From positions 1-59,870 of the forward strand of contig JBBAWG010000004.1 of NCBI GenBank assembly GCA_040397305.1: a stretch of DNA of 59,870 bases. Direction: 5' to 3'. This document shows, one piece after another, positions 27,469 through 37,382 of this stretch. Origin of the DNA: Candidatus Methylacidiphilales bacterium. Its GTDB lineage: Bacteria; Verrucomicrobiota; Verrucomicrobiia; Methylacidiphilales; Verrucolacustridaceae. Made by a program: the position numbers and the translations under genes. Position 1 is the first letter of the stretch, and every line of letters starts with the position of its first letter. The notes beneath the pieces were generated by a model that worked only from the letters and a program-made list of their open reading frames with translations, did no database searches and was not told the DNA's origin.

Positions 27469-28241
27469 TCCGTGGCGGCCCGGCCGAGCAGCAACAAGGC
27501 GCAGGTGTTGGCGTTGAAGAGGGCGTGGACCAAAATGGCGGGCAGGAGACTTCCTTGGGCCCGATAGATTCCGGCGAGGAGGGCGCCGAAGACGGTCAGG
27601 GGAATCAGGGTGGGACCATGCAGGTGAACGGCGCCAAAAGCCAAGGCCGAGATCCACTGGGCCTGGGCGGCGGGCATGCGTCCGGCCAGCCAGGGAAAAA
27701 GGGTTCCACGAAAAAAAACCTCCTCCCAGACCGGGGCGATCACCAAGGCGTAGGTCAGGAAGGGAAGCATCTGCCCGAGTTCCCGGGCCTGGAGAAACTG
27801 GAGGAGGGCGGGTTGAGGTTTGAGGGGAAGTCCGAGGGCGAGATAAAGGCTGGAGCTGAGCAGCAACAAGAGAAGAACCGGCCAAAGGAGGGTAAGGAGA
27901 AGACCGATGCTTTCCCGGAGGTCGCGGGCGGGATTTTTTCGGCGAAGCCCCCAAAAATCCGCCGGGCGCGAGCCCGATAAAGAGACCAGGAGAAGACCCG
28001 CGGCCAAAGCGGCGCCGGGAAGAAGGGCCGGAGCGAGCCAGGCGGCGGAGGCCAAAAGGGAGAGGGCTGCCACCATCGGCCAGGTCCCGAAAGCGAGGGA
28101 TCGGGCGGAGTCGAAGGCGGCGGGTTGGAGGAGGTGGATCAGACGGCGCCAACCCCCGGCCAAGAGAAGGAAGAGAGAACTGCCAAAGACGAGGCCGAGG
28201 TAGCCGAGAAAGAGCCACGAAAAATCGACCGGAGGAAACAT
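27465..28241 (-). CDS. CPBP (Abi/CAAX) intramembrane metalloprotease
   Basis: EEVFFRG, FGAVH, VHALFN. Confidence 0.88.
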   Translation of the reverse strand: MFPPVDFSWLFLGYLGLVFGSSLFLLLAGGWRRLIHLLQPAAFDSARSLAFGTWPMVAALSLLASAAWLAPALLPGAALAAGLLLVSLSGSRPADFWGLRRKNPARDLRESIGLLLTLLWPVLLLLLLSSSLYLALGLPLKPQPALLQFLQARELGQMLPFLTYALVIAPVWEEVFFRGTLFPWLAGRMPAAQAQWISALAFGAVHLHGPTLIPLTVFGALLAGIYRAQGSLLPAILVHALFNANTCALLLLGRAATE

Positions 28242-28296
28242 GGGGAAATCCTACTGCTGCGGTGGCGGGCAGGGGAGCGGGAACTGGAAAGCAGGG

Positions 28297-28965
28297 TCAG
28301 GCCGGAGTGAGCAGCGAATCGATGTCCGACAAGGCGTCCTCGTTCGGCATGAAAGGGGCAAAATTGCGCTCGAAGTGGGTGACGACGCCGTCGACGCCGG
28401 CGGCCAGCAGGCTGAAGCGGCGCCGGATGCAGCGGACAAGGAAAGGGTTAAAGCTGTAGAAGCCTGAAAAAATTTTCCGGCCGAACTCCTCCGTCTCATT
28501 GGCCTGTTTGCAGAAAAGGACCGCATGGATATCCCGGCTTTCGAAGAGCACCACCCAGTACTTGGTGAGGAGCGGATGAAAGATGGGCACGAAATCGATG
28601 GAGGAGGTGCGGCTGGGGGGTTCGCCTTCTGCCCAGACGCGAACGATGTCGATCTCGGCGGCGATTTTGAGGTAGCGCTCCCGTTGATGCCTAAAGTTTT
28701 CAATCCGCTGAAAGGTGGCGATGAGCTCGCCAGACCCGGTGTCATGGGCCAGATCCTCGATGGCGTGGCTGGCGGCGAGCATGGCCTCATGGTTGAAAAG
28801 GTGGGTTACGTCGGAGACCGGAAGCACGACGATTTCAGACAAGTTTTCCCCTCGGGCCTTGGGCGAAGCAGGGAGGGTGCGGGAGTTTTTTACCTTGAGA
28901 TAAGGGCGAAGGCGGGAGCGAAACAGCTTCTCCGACTTTTTTTCCCCGGATGTCCGACAAATCAT
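28297..28965 (-). CDS. Stand-alone DICT sensory-domain protein
   Basis: AASHAIED, ATFQR...F..QRERY, L.KYW.V, F.GF.SF.P match the DICT pattern. Confidence 0.65.
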   Translation of the reverse strand: MICRTSGEKKSEKLFRSRLRPYLKVKNSRTLPASPKARGENLSEIVVLPVSDVTHLFNHEAMLAASHAIEDLAHDTGSGELIATFQRIENFRHQRERYLKIAAEIDIVRVWAEGEPPSRTSSIDFVPIFHPLLTKYWVVLFESRDIHAVLFCKQANETEEFGRKIFSGFYSFNPFLVRCIRRRFSLLAAGVDGVVTHFERNFAPFMPNEDALSDIDSLLTPA

Positions 28966-29033
28966 ATCTGGAATCCCGAAATTGGCATGGTGGAGGGCGC
29001 GTGCAAGGGGTGAGGCGTAAGTATGAGCAAAAC

Positions 29034-30527
29034 TTACAGGCTGGGGTTCGGGGGGGGGATGACCCGGTCGAGAAGTTTGGCGGAGGAAAGAACCCCGGGG
29101 ACCCCGGCGCCGGGGTGGGTGCCGGCCCCACAGAGATAGAAGCCCTTCACGTCTTCTGAGACGTTGTGGGGGCGGAACCAGGCGCTCTGGGTAAGGACGG
29201 GCTCAAACTGGAAGGCAGAACCGACGTGGGCGTCGAGCCGGTTTTCAAAGTCCACCGGGGTAAAGAGAAGTTTGCTTACGAGGTGTTTTCGCAGGTCGGG
29301 AATGAGGGTTTTTTCGAGAGTGGCAAGAATCCGATCGGCATACTCCTCCTTCACGCGGTCCCAGTCGATGCGGTCGCCGGGGGCGCCGCGGTGGGGCACG
29401 GGCGAGAGAACGTAGAAGCACTCATGGCCGGGAGGGGCCAAAGAGGGGTCGGTGCGGGTGGGCGCGTGGAGATAGAGCGAGAAATCCTCGGCTAAAGTCC
29501 GATGGTGGAAGATGTCGTCCAACAGTCCTTTGTAGCGGGGCCCGAGCCAGATGGTGTGGTGGGCAAGGTCGGGATAGGTCCGGTTGGTACCGAAATAAAT
29601 CAGGAACAGGGACATGCTGTAGCGCATGCGGCGAAGGCGGCCATCGGTCCATTTGCGGCGATGGGCGGGGGCCACCCGCTTTTGGTAAAAATTGGAGACG
29701 TCGGCATTCGAGACCACGACCTGGGCGCGGAGGACCTCCCCGGACCGGAGGCGGACGCCGGCGGCGGCACCGTTCTCCACAAGCAGCTCCTCGACGGGCG
29801 AGTTGAGACGGAGTTTTCCACCGAGGTCCTCGAGGAGTTTGACGAGGGCCTGGACGAGGGCGCCGGTTCCGCCCATGGCGAAATGCACGCCCCATTCGCG
29901 CTCGAGATAATGGATCATGGCGTAGATGGAGGACGATTGGAACGGGTTGCCGCCGACAAGGAGAGGGTGGAAGGAGAGGACCTCGCGGATCCGCTGGTTT
30001 TTGACGTGGCGGCAGGCCATTTGCCAGACGGAACGGTCTGAGCGGAGGCGGATCAGATCGGGGGCGACCCGCAACATGTCGGTGAAGTGGGAAAAGGGCT
30101 GGTCGGCCAACTCGATAAAGGCGCGTTGAAAAATATCATGGGTTTCCCCGACAAATTTCCGGTACCCCTCGAGGTCCTCCGGGGCCAACCGGCGCACCTG
30201 CTCCTCCATCTCGCTTTGGTTGCCGGTATACTCGAAGGAAACCCCGTCGTGCCATGCGATCCGGTAAAAGGGTTTGCAGGGGACGATGCGGACATAGTCG
30301 GAAGTTTTTTTTCCGGAAAGGGAGAAGAGCTCGTCGAGAAGGAACGGGGCGGTGAGGATGGTGGGACCCGCGTCGTAGGTGAAACCTTGGTCGCGGAAAA
30401 CCGAGGCGCGGCCGCCGGGTTGTTCGAGCGCCTCCAGCAGGGTGACGTCGTAGCCGCGGGCCTGGAGGCGGACGGCGGAGGCGAGTCCGCCGAAGCCTGA
30501 GCCGATGACGAGGGCGGGAGGTTTCAA
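29034..30527 (-). CDS. crtI: Phytoene desaturase
   Basis: VIGSGFGGL, PGGRA, DAGPT, GGNP, QSAWFRPHN, GAGTHPGAGVPGV. Confidence 0.92.
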   Translation of the reverse strand: MKPPALVIGSGFGGLASAVRLQARGYDVTLLEALEQPGGRASVFRDQGFTYDAGPTILTAPFLLDELFSLSGKKTSDYVRIVPCKPFYRIAWHDGVSFEYTGNQSEMEEQVRRLAPEDLEGYRKFVGETHDIFQRAFIELADQPFSHFTDMLRVAPDLIRLRSDRSVWQMACRHVKNQRIREVLSFHPLLVGGNPFQSSSIYAMIHYLEREWGVHFAMGGTGALVQALVKLLEDLGGKLRLNSPVEELLVENGAAAGVRLRSGEVLRAQVVVSNADVSNFYQKRVAPAHRRKWTDGRLRRMRYSMSLFLIYFGTNRTYPDLAHHTIWLGPRYKGLLDDIFHHRTLAEDFSLYLHAPTRTDPSLAPPGHECFYVLSPVPHRGAPGDRIDWDRVKEEYADRILATLEKTLIPDLRKHLVSKLLFTPVDFENRLDAHVGSAFQFEPVLTQSAWFRPHNVSEDVKGFYLCGAGTHPGAGVPGVLSSAKLLDRVIPPPNPSL

Positions 30528-30976
30528 GCGGGACCGCCGAAACTGGCAAAGTCGTCGAGATCGAGCACATCAAACCAGGTGGAGATGTCCTCCCGGCCTT
30601 GGCCGGCCCCGGTTTGATACTGGTTCATTCGTTCGCGTTGCTCGATCGAGGCGGGGGTGCGACGGTTCATGTAATCCGACCACGCGTCGATTTCCTGGCC
30701 GGAACGGGGGTGGCTTTGGTTTTTTCCGATCCAGGCAAGGATGGCGCCATCGCCAAGGCCGGCGGCGACCTGTTTCTGTAAAGCCTCCGGATCGATGCCC
30801 GTGAACTTCAGGAAATATTGGTCGAGTGGGCAGTTGTAGTTGTAATCCCCATTTTTTTTGATGAGGGTGGCTCGGCACTTGTCGAGAATGCGAGGAAGTA
30901 AGACATACCCGCCTAGCCGAACGCGGGGACTGCGGGGGGGATGGATCGTCAAATCCGGTGAAGCAGCTTTTGGCAT
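30524..30976 (-). CDS. DUF5069-like protein
   Basis: PRSP...LGG...LPR..DK.RA...Y.YNCP.D...F.GID...LDLDD. Confidence 0.7.
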   Translation of the reverse strand: MPKAASPDLTIHPPRSPRVRLGGYVLLPRILDKCRATLIKKNGDYNYNCPLDQYFLKFTGIDPEALQKQVAAGLGDGAILAWIGKNQSHPRSGQEIDAWSDYMNRRTPASIEQRERMNQYQTGAGQGREDISTWFDVLDLDDFASFGGPA

Positions 30977-31184
30977 GGTGGGAGAATGCACGAAGAGCTT
31001 TCAGGGGCAAGCGGGCTTGGGGATTTTGCATTATTTACATAAAGTACTGCAAATCAGATTTTTATAAAATGAACATACCCATCAAAGAGCTGTCTAAACC
31101 CCAATGTTACGATGTTTTTTCAATTCCACCTTTTTGCAAGACTGCCCATTGAAATTTTCGATTCCGTGGGTAAGGTTGGAAGAG

Positions 31185-32942
31185 ATGACAGATTCTCCAT
31201 CTAGGCGAACTTTCCCCTCCTTGATGGGGGCCTTGGGCATTGCCTCCTTACTTTTCAGTTCGGACAGTTGGGCGGCTCCGGAATTTAAAATCCGCTATAA
31301 TTCCAAGTTCCCCTGTCTGGAGGTGATGGACTCGAAGGCCACCAAAATCACGGACATCAGCGAGGGAACCAAGGGGGAGGTGGTCACTTCAGGAAAGTCT
31401 TCGATCACGCTTTCGTTTGTTAAAGGCTCCGCCGGTCAACCGGAAGTCATGATGACGGATGCGAAGTCGGCCCTCTCCGAGATGGAATTGGAGGCTTTTG
31501 GACTTTCCGTCGGAATGAAGCCGGAAGGAGTGGTGACGGTACGCTTTGGATCGGACAATAAGCCCCAGTTTGAAATGGATCGGACCGGCGGGGCCCGGTT
31601 CCTGATGGCAGATTTGGGGAATCTCGATACGGCGGCGGGCAAAGAGCTGGCTGCTACCGGCGCGGCTCCCGGAGGCGCCCCGCAACTGCCCAAAGGCTTG
31701 GTGCGTTTTCGTGAAAGGCTGGAGGCTTGGAAGACCTCCATGGGCAAGGGGGGGTGGAGCAATCGGCCGGGCAAAATTCTCTCTTGCGGGGAGGATGCCA
31801 AGGTCACGTACGTGGGCCAACCGGAGCGGAAACTTTTGGATGGAGAGGCGGTTCAGGCCGGAGCCTCCATTACGGCGGGGGCGACTCCGGTCACCCTGCA
31901 AAGTGGTCCTGGGATTTATCACCAAATCCAACCCGGGGGGCGTGTCCAGATCGCCAAGCTGGAGGCCGGGCAAAAGGATGTGAAAGTGACTCTTTTGGAG
32001 GGGACTTTGTTGACTCAGATCGTCACACCGCTGGTGGTACCCCGTTTGCATGTCTGCGGTATTGGAAACGGAGTTGTCGTTCAGTCTTCCGACGGACTAT
32101 TCCAGGTCACCTCGACGGGACCTACCGAAAGGCGGATCGCCGTGGCCGAAGGCACCGTCCGCTTGGTCGAGGAGGCCGGCGCGGCTCAAGTCGCCGAAGC
32201 TACCGCCGGGACGGCTTTGTCTTTTCCCGAGCAGAAGTCCGGCAAAAAGCTCGCGAGCGGAGCCCCGGAAATGGCTACCCTCTCCAAGCTGAAGGCGGAT
32301 TCGCGGGGCGACTATCTCGTCGACATGGTGGAGGATGCCATCAAAACGGCCTCCTCCGATGCAGAGGAGATCGTTCGTTCCGCATGCACGGCGGAAGCTT
32401 CCCAAGCTCGCAAGATTGCTTTGAGTGCCGTGGAGATTCGGGCCGATCTTCGGGATTTGATCGCCCAAGCCTCCGGAATTTCCGATCTACCTCAGGCCAC
32501 TGGGGTGGGCGGGGAGGCCGAAGCTTTCTCCAAGCGGGTGTATCCTTGGCTGCGGGCAGAACCAAGCCCGACAAGTTGTGTGGGGCGGGTTCTCTGGATG
32601 GATGGTAAAGCCACCTACGCCAACGGACTGGATTTAAAACGGGGCATGACGCTCAAACAGGGTGAAACCATCAAAACCTCAGGCGACGGACGCGTAATTT
32701 TGGTGGCGGCTCCGGGAGTCATCGCCGAAATCCAGCCGGGAAGCACGGTCCAGTTGGTGGAGATGGCGGGGCGCTTTCAGGCCGGCAAATTAGAAAGTTC
32801 CAAAGCCGTGCTGGATGCTCCTCAAGGCAAAGCGTTGATTTCAATCGCGGCCGGGTTAGGAGACAAAGTTCAGGCGGAGTTAAGGACCCCGCAGGGGGTG
32901 ACCCGGGCCCAAAGCAAGCCGGCCAACGATACCACGCTATGA
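31185..32942 (+). CDS. Secreted protein with two FecR-like domains
   Basis: Signal peptide; two G..L..G..I.T/A...V.L...G....P.S.V modules; 'IAVAEGTV'. Confidence 0.6.
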   Translation: MTDSPSRRTFPSLMGALGIASLLFSSDSWAAPEFKIRYNSKFPCLEVMDSKATKITDISEGTKGEVVTSGKSSITLSFVKGSAGQPEVMMTDAKSALSEMELEAFGLSVGMKPEGVVTVRFGSDNKPQFEMDRTGGARFLMADLGNLDTAAGKELAATGAAPGGAPQLPKGLVRFRERLEAWKTSMGKGGWSNRPGKILSCGEDAKVTYVGQPERKLLDGEAVQAGASITAGATPVTLQSGPGIYHQIQPGGRVQIAKLEAGQKDVKVTLLEGTLLTQIVTPLVVPRLHVCGIGNGVVVQSSDGLFQVTSTGPTERRIAVAEGTVRLVEEAGAAQVAEATAGTALSFPEQKSGKKLASGAPEMATLSKLKADSRGDYLVDMVEDAIKTASSDAEEIVRSACTAEASQARKIALSAVEIRADLRDLIAQASGISDLPQATGVGGEAEAFSKRVYPWLRAEPSPTSCVGRVLWMDGKATYANGLDLKRGMTLKQGETIKTSGDGRVILVAAPGVIAEIQPGSTVQLVEMAGRFQAGKLESSKAVLDAPQGKALISIAAGLGDKVQAELRTPQGVTRAQSKPANDTTL

Positions 32943-34054
32943 AACACGTGTTTCTTTCCCTCTTCCTCGGGTTGGCCTGCTTGCATCAGGGGCAAAGCGT
33001 CCTCGCCGCGACTGAACTTTCCGATGGGGAGCTGGTTTCCGTGGTCAACCAGGTAACGATGGGTGAAGGCGGGGCTGCCAAAGTTTCGGACAAGGTGGTG
33101 GAAAAAGTCCCGGTGATCACCGGTGGCGGCTCTTTTGCGGAGGTCAAATTCAAGGATTCTTCTGTTCTGCGGGCGGCGCCTGACACCAAGTTTGCCTTCG
33201 CCTCCAAGGACCGGGCCATCACCCTTGGAGCAGGTTCCCTCTTAATGAACATTCCCGCCGGAAATGGTGGGATTCTCATCGAAGCCGATGGAATTCAAGG
33301 AGAGGTCACGGGTACCACCCTGATGGCTAGTCGGGATAAGGAAGGGAATTTTGGTTTTGTGATTTTGGAAACAGCAGGAACGGCAAAAGTGACCTCTAAT
33401 ACCGGGCAGACCGCGAATCTGATGGCTGGCCAGATTGCCTTGGTCCGCAAATCCGATGGATCGATCCGAGTCTTTGAACTTAACTTGGACGCGGCGATTC
33501 AATTTTCGCCTCTTTTCACCGCCTTTGCCCGTCCCATGCCCGGCTTGGAAAAAGTGATGGCGGTGGCGGATGGGCAGGCCAGCGAGGTGAAAAACGAAAT
33601 TAAATCCCTACTTTCTTATTCTGAAGTGGGCTTGGCTCCGGAGGATCCCGACAAGGCTCCCCTAGGTCTTCTGTTTGGAAAGTCGGCCGAGGAGATGGTG
33701 GTAGCCAAAAATCCTTTTCTTGGTGAACTCGCCACGGCCGCCGGCAAAGAGGACAAGTCAGACGCCTCCGGGCAGAACGCCACGGTGTTGGGGGCGGATT
33801 CCGGCACGAAAGGTGGTTCTATTTCCGATGTCCGTCAACCAGAAGGAGAAGAGATTGCCTCCAAAAGCAATCCTCCGAGTGATATTGCCGGCGGTCTGGG
33901 AGAGACTGATACAGCCGCCGGGGGAGGAGATGTTGCTGATACCGATACCGCAGCGGGTGGAGGAGGGGCTCCCGATACCCAGGCTCCTGCTCCGGTGGGT
34001 GGCGGTAATTCCTTCAATCCACCGCCTGCGACTCCCACAAGCAGTACCCGTTAG
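32939..34054 (+). CDS. Secreted FecR-domain protein with low-complexity acidic/Gly tail
   Basis: TGGGSFAEV.F.D.S..R....T.F, L..GSLL, GTT; DTAAGGG repeated. Confidence 0.7.
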   Translation: MKHVFLSLFLGLACLHQGQSVLAATELSDGELVSVVNQVTMGEGGAAKVSDKVVEKVPVITGGGSFAEVKFKDSSVLRAAPDTKFAFASKDRAITLGAGSLLMNIPAGNGGILIEADGIQGEVTGTTLMASRDKEGNFGFVILETAGTAKVTSNTGQTANLMAGQIALVRKSDGSIRVFELNLDAAIQFSPLFTAFARPMPGLEKVMAVADGQASEVKNEIKSLLSYSEVGLAPEDPDKAPLGLLFGKSAEEMVVAKNPFLGELATAAGKEDKSDASGQNATVLGADSGTKGGSISDVRQPEGEEIASKSNPPSDIAGGLGETDTAAGGGDVADTDTAAGGGGAPDTQAPAPVGGGNSFNPPPATPTSSTR

Positions 34055-34142
34055 TCCTTCTTCTTCTGCCCAAAGCTAAGAGGGCGGTTCTACCTTCAGC
34101 TTGCGTTTGGAGTTTTCCCTACCCTTCGGCTACGGTTAGTTG

Positions 34143-36836
34143 ATGGATTACAGTCAGACCGTTCGCCTTCCCAAGACGGATTTTCCCATGCGGGGAGATC
34201 TCCCCAAACGGGAGCCCGCATGGGTGCAGGGTTGGCTAAACGATCAGACCTACGAGAAGCTCCTGCAGGAGCGTGCCAAAGCTCCCGAATTCCATCTGCA
34301 CGACGGTCCTCCCTTCGCCAACGGGGATGCCCATGTGGGCCATGCCTTGAATATGGTGCTCAAGGACATCGTTCTCAAAAGTCGCTCGATGATGGGGCGA
34401 AAGGCTCCTTTTGTGCCCGGGTGGGACTGCCACGGGTTACCGATCGAACATAAGGTGGTGACAGAGGAAAAGCTGGTGGGGGCGGAGCCCGCCGTGATCC
34501 GAAAGAAGTGCGAGGAGGTGGCCCGGCATTTCATCCAGCGGCAAAAAGAGCAGTTCCAGCGGCTGGGCGTTTTGGGAGATTGGGATCGTCCTTATCTGAC
34601 CATGAACCCCGCCTACGAGGCTGCCGAGCTCCGGATCTTGGCTGACTTGGTGGAAAAGGGAATGGTCTACGAGGGGCTACGCCCAGTGCACTGGAGCACG
34701 GGTTGTCGGACCGCCTTGGCCGAAGCCGAGGTGGAGTATGCCGACCGGGAAGATGAATCGGTTTACGTGCGGATGGAGCTCAAGGACGCCAAGGACGAGG
34801 ATCTGCTGATCTGGACGACCACTCCTTGGACCCTGCCAGCCAACCTTGCCGTGGCGGTCCATCCAGGCATGAGTTACGTGTTGGCGGACTCTGGAAACGG
34901 CCGGAAGGTGTGGCTGGCCAAGAGTCGCATGGAAGCTGTGGCCAAGGCGGCGGGCCGGGAGTTAAAAGTTTTGCGGGAAGCCAAGGGATCCGAACTGGAA
35001 AAAAAATCGTATCGGCATCCGCTGGTGGCGCGGGAGGGGGTCATCCGGACCGCGGAGTTTGTCACTGCGGAGTCCGGGACCGGGATGGTGCACATCGCAC
35101 CGGGCCACGGCCACGAGGATTACGTGCTGGGACGGCAGCACGGGCTGGAGCCCTTCTCGCCGGTGAATGAGGCTGGAAAGCTCACCGCCGAGGCCGGCAT
35201 CAAAGAAATTGAGGGGCAGAATGTCTTTGCCGCCAATCCGTTGGTGGCGGATCTCTTGGAGAAGGCTGGAAAACTATGGGCACGGGAAAAAATCCGCCAT
35301 AGCTATCCGCACTGTCCCCGTTCCAAAACCCCGATCGTGTTCCGGTCTGTCCGCCAGTGGTTCATCCGCATGGACGGGCTGCGGGATCGGGCGCTCCAGG
35401 CGGTGGACGCAGTGAAGTGGGTGCCGAGTTGGGGGGAAAGCCGGATCCGCGGGGCGTTGGGGGGCCGCCCGGACTGGTGTATCTCGCGGCAACGGTCCTG
35501 GGGCCTGCCGATTCCGGCCTTTTACAAGCCAGACGGGACCTCGGTGCTGGATGCCAAAATCATCCGTCAAGTTGCCGCACGAGCTGAGAAGGAAGGGGCA
35601 GGTTTCTGGTTTGGAGATTCCGATGAGCAGCTGGCCAAAACCTGCGGGGTGCCGGCCGATTGGAAGCGGGGCCGCGAAACCATGGACGTCTGGCTGGATT
35701 CGGGGTCGAGCTGGTCCGCGGTGGCGGCCGATGGCCGGGTCAAATTTCCGGCGGATCTCTATCTGGAAGGAAGCGACCAACACCGAGGATGGTTTCAGAG
35801 CAGTCTTCTGCTTTCCGTGGCCTTAACCGGCAAGCCTCCCTTCCGGGCGGTGCTGACCAACGGATTTGTGGTGGATTTGGACGGAAAGAAGCTTTCGAAA
35901 TCTCGGGGCAAGCCTCCGGGGTTGATGGAGCTAGTGGACAAGTATGGGGCGGACGTCGTTCGGCTTTGGGTGGCTAGCGAGGATGCGAAGGAGGATGTGC
36001 CCTTCTCCACGGAGATTTTTGGGCGGGTGGGGGACAGTTATCGTCTTCTGAGAAACTCCTTCCGAATCCTCTTGGGGAACCTGGCGGATTTCGACCCGAC
36101 CAGGCATGCCGTTCCGGTCGAGAAGAGGACGGCTTTGGACCGGTATATCCTGGCCAAGCTGGCGGCTCTCTCGCAGACGGTACGGGATGCTTACGAGGCC
36201 TACAACTTTCCTGCGGTCTACCACAGCCTGAACCGGTTTCTTTCCGTGGAGCTAAGCGCCTTCTACATCGATGCCTGCAAAGATCGGATCTACTGCGACG
36301 CCGAGAACGATCCGTCCCGTCGCTCGGCCCAGACAACCATGCACGAGATTCTGGATGTCATGGTGCGCTTGGCCGCACCGGTGGTGGCGTTCACCTCTGA
36401 GGAGGTTTGGGAGCATTTGACCCAAAAGAAGAGGGGTTCCGTGCATCTGCAGACTTTTGGAGAAGCCGGATTGCCTCCGGGCTGGAATGTTGAGGAGCAG
36501 CTCCGCTGGGAAAGATTGTTCGCCGCACGGACCAAGGTGAACGAGGCGTTGGAGAAGGAACGGCAGGCGAAGAAAATTGGCAAGAGTCTGGAGGCGGGAG
36601 TTTTGGTGGAAGGTGGAAAATGGAATGCCGAGGACGCCGAAATCCTCAAGGAGATCTGCCTTGTGAGTCATTTGGAGATCCGGCCCGGATCAGGGGAAGC
36701 CACCGTCCAAGTGGTGCCGGCGAGGGGGACGCGGTGTACCCGGTGCTGGAAGCATGAGGAGAGCGTGGGTAAGAGTGCGGATCACCCGGAGTTGTGTGAG
36801 CGCTGCACCCAAGTGGTGAAGGGGGTGGGGGCTTGA
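34143..36836 (+). CDS. ileS: Isoleucyl-tRNA synthetase (type 1)
   Basis: DGPPFANG, HVGH, WTTTPWT, DWCISRQR, GSDQHRGWF, KLSKS, C-terminal CxxC..CxxC zinc finger. Confidence 0.97.
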   Translation: MDYSQTVRLPKTDFPMRGDLPKREPAWVQGWLNDQTYEKLLQERAKAPEFHLHDGPPFANGDAHVGHALNMVLKDIVLKSRSMMGRKAPFVPGWDCHGLPIEHKVVTEEKLVGAEPAVIRKKCEEVARHFIQRQKEQFQRLGVLGDWDRPYLTMNPAYEAAELRILADLVEKGMVYEGLRPVHWSTGCRTALAEAEVEYADREDESVYVRMELKDAKDEDLLIWTTTPWTLPANLAVAVHPGMSYVLADSGNGRKVWLAKSRMEAVAKAAGRELKVLREAKGSELEKKSYRHPLVAREGVIRTAEFVTAESGTGMVHIAPGHGHEDYVLGRQHGLEPFSPVNEAGKLTAEAGIKEIEGQNVFAANPLVADLLEKAGKLWAREKIRHSYPHCPRSKTPIVFRSVRQWFIRMDGLRDRALQAVDAVKWVPSWGESRIRGALGGRPDWCISRQRSWGLPIPAFYKPDGTSVLDAKIIRQVAARAEKEGAGFWFGDSDEQLAKTCGVPADWKRGRETMDVWLDSGSSWSAVAADGRVKFPADLYLEGSDQHRGWFQSSLLLSVALTGKPPFRAVLTNGFVVDLDGKKLSKSRGKPPGLMELVDKYGADVVRLWVASEDAKEDVPFSTEIFGRVGDSYRLLRNSFRILLGNLADFDPTRHAVPVEKRTALDRYILAKLAALSQTVRDAYEAYNFPAVYHSLNRFLSVELSAFYIDACKDRIYCDAENDPSRRSAQTTMHEILDVMVRLAAPVVAFTSEEVWEHLTQKKRGSVHLQTFGEAGLPPGWNVEEQLRWERLFAARTKVNEALEKERQAKKIGKSLEAGVLVEGGKWNAEDAEILKEICLVSHLEIRPGSGEATVQVVPARGTRCTRCWKHEESVGKSADHPELCERCTQVVKGVGA

Positions 36837-37312
36837 GTTCAGGTCGGTACGGGGGTGGGTGGTTCTGGCCCCTAGCCTTGGCGGTTCTGATTTCGGATCA
36901 GGCCCTGAAAATCTGGGCGGAACAGGTGTTAAAACTCGGTGCCAGCGTGGCCGTGATCCCCGGCTTCTTTTCCCTGACGCGGGTGCACAACACCGGAGTG
37001 GCCTTTGGTATGGCCCAAGGCAACAACCTGCTCACGGGGCTCTTGGCCGTGGCTATTTTGGTGCTGGCAGCAGGTTTGGCCCGGGGATGGGACTGGAACC
37101 GGAGGTTTGTCCAGCTGGTCAGCGCGATGGTGGCGGGAGGAGCGGTGGGAAATCTCATCGACCGGGCGCGACTGGGCTATGTGCTGGATTTTTTCGATTT
37201 TCATTACCGCGGATGGAGCTGGCCGGCCTTCAACATCGCCGATGCCGGGATCAGCTTGGGAGTGGGGTTATTGCTGGTGAGTTGGGTGGCTGGAAAGTCG
37301 CCGGAAAAGTGA
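36833..37312 (+). CDS. lspA: Lipoprotein signal peptidase II
   Basis: DQ..K, NTGVAFG, GNLIDR, V.DF, WPAFNIAD; follows ileS. Confidence 0.95.
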   Translation: MSSGRYGGGWFWPLALAVLISDQALKIWAEQVLKLGASVAVIPGFFSLTRVHNTGVAFGMAQGNNLLTGLLAVAILVLAAGLARGWDWNRRFVQLVSAMVAGGAVGNLIDRARLGYVLDFFDFHYRGWSWPAFNIADAGISLGVGLLLVSWVAGKSPEK

Positions 37313-37314
37313 TT

Positions 37315-37343
37315 CGATTAGGATTAGGATGAAGATTAAGAAA
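37315..37343. repeat. 6-nt periodic intergenic tract
   Basis: cgattaggattaggatgaagattaagaaa. Confidence 0.65.
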
Positions 37344-37382
37344 CGATAAAATCGAAAGAAGCAGTCATCCGTATCAGTAAAG

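Noticed and set aside
27469-28218. Apparent 546-aa thiL with a long N-terminal extension
   Set aside because: The extension is an off-frame overlap with the CPBP gene; the real start at 27468 overlaps the CPBP stop. The same applies to the extended oppB, OGG, tsaE, tsaB, ygfZ and tadA ORFs
34078-34094. GGTAG-headed half element (reverse complement GGTAGAACCGCCCTC)
   Set aside because: The second stem arm is missing; at most a REP remnant
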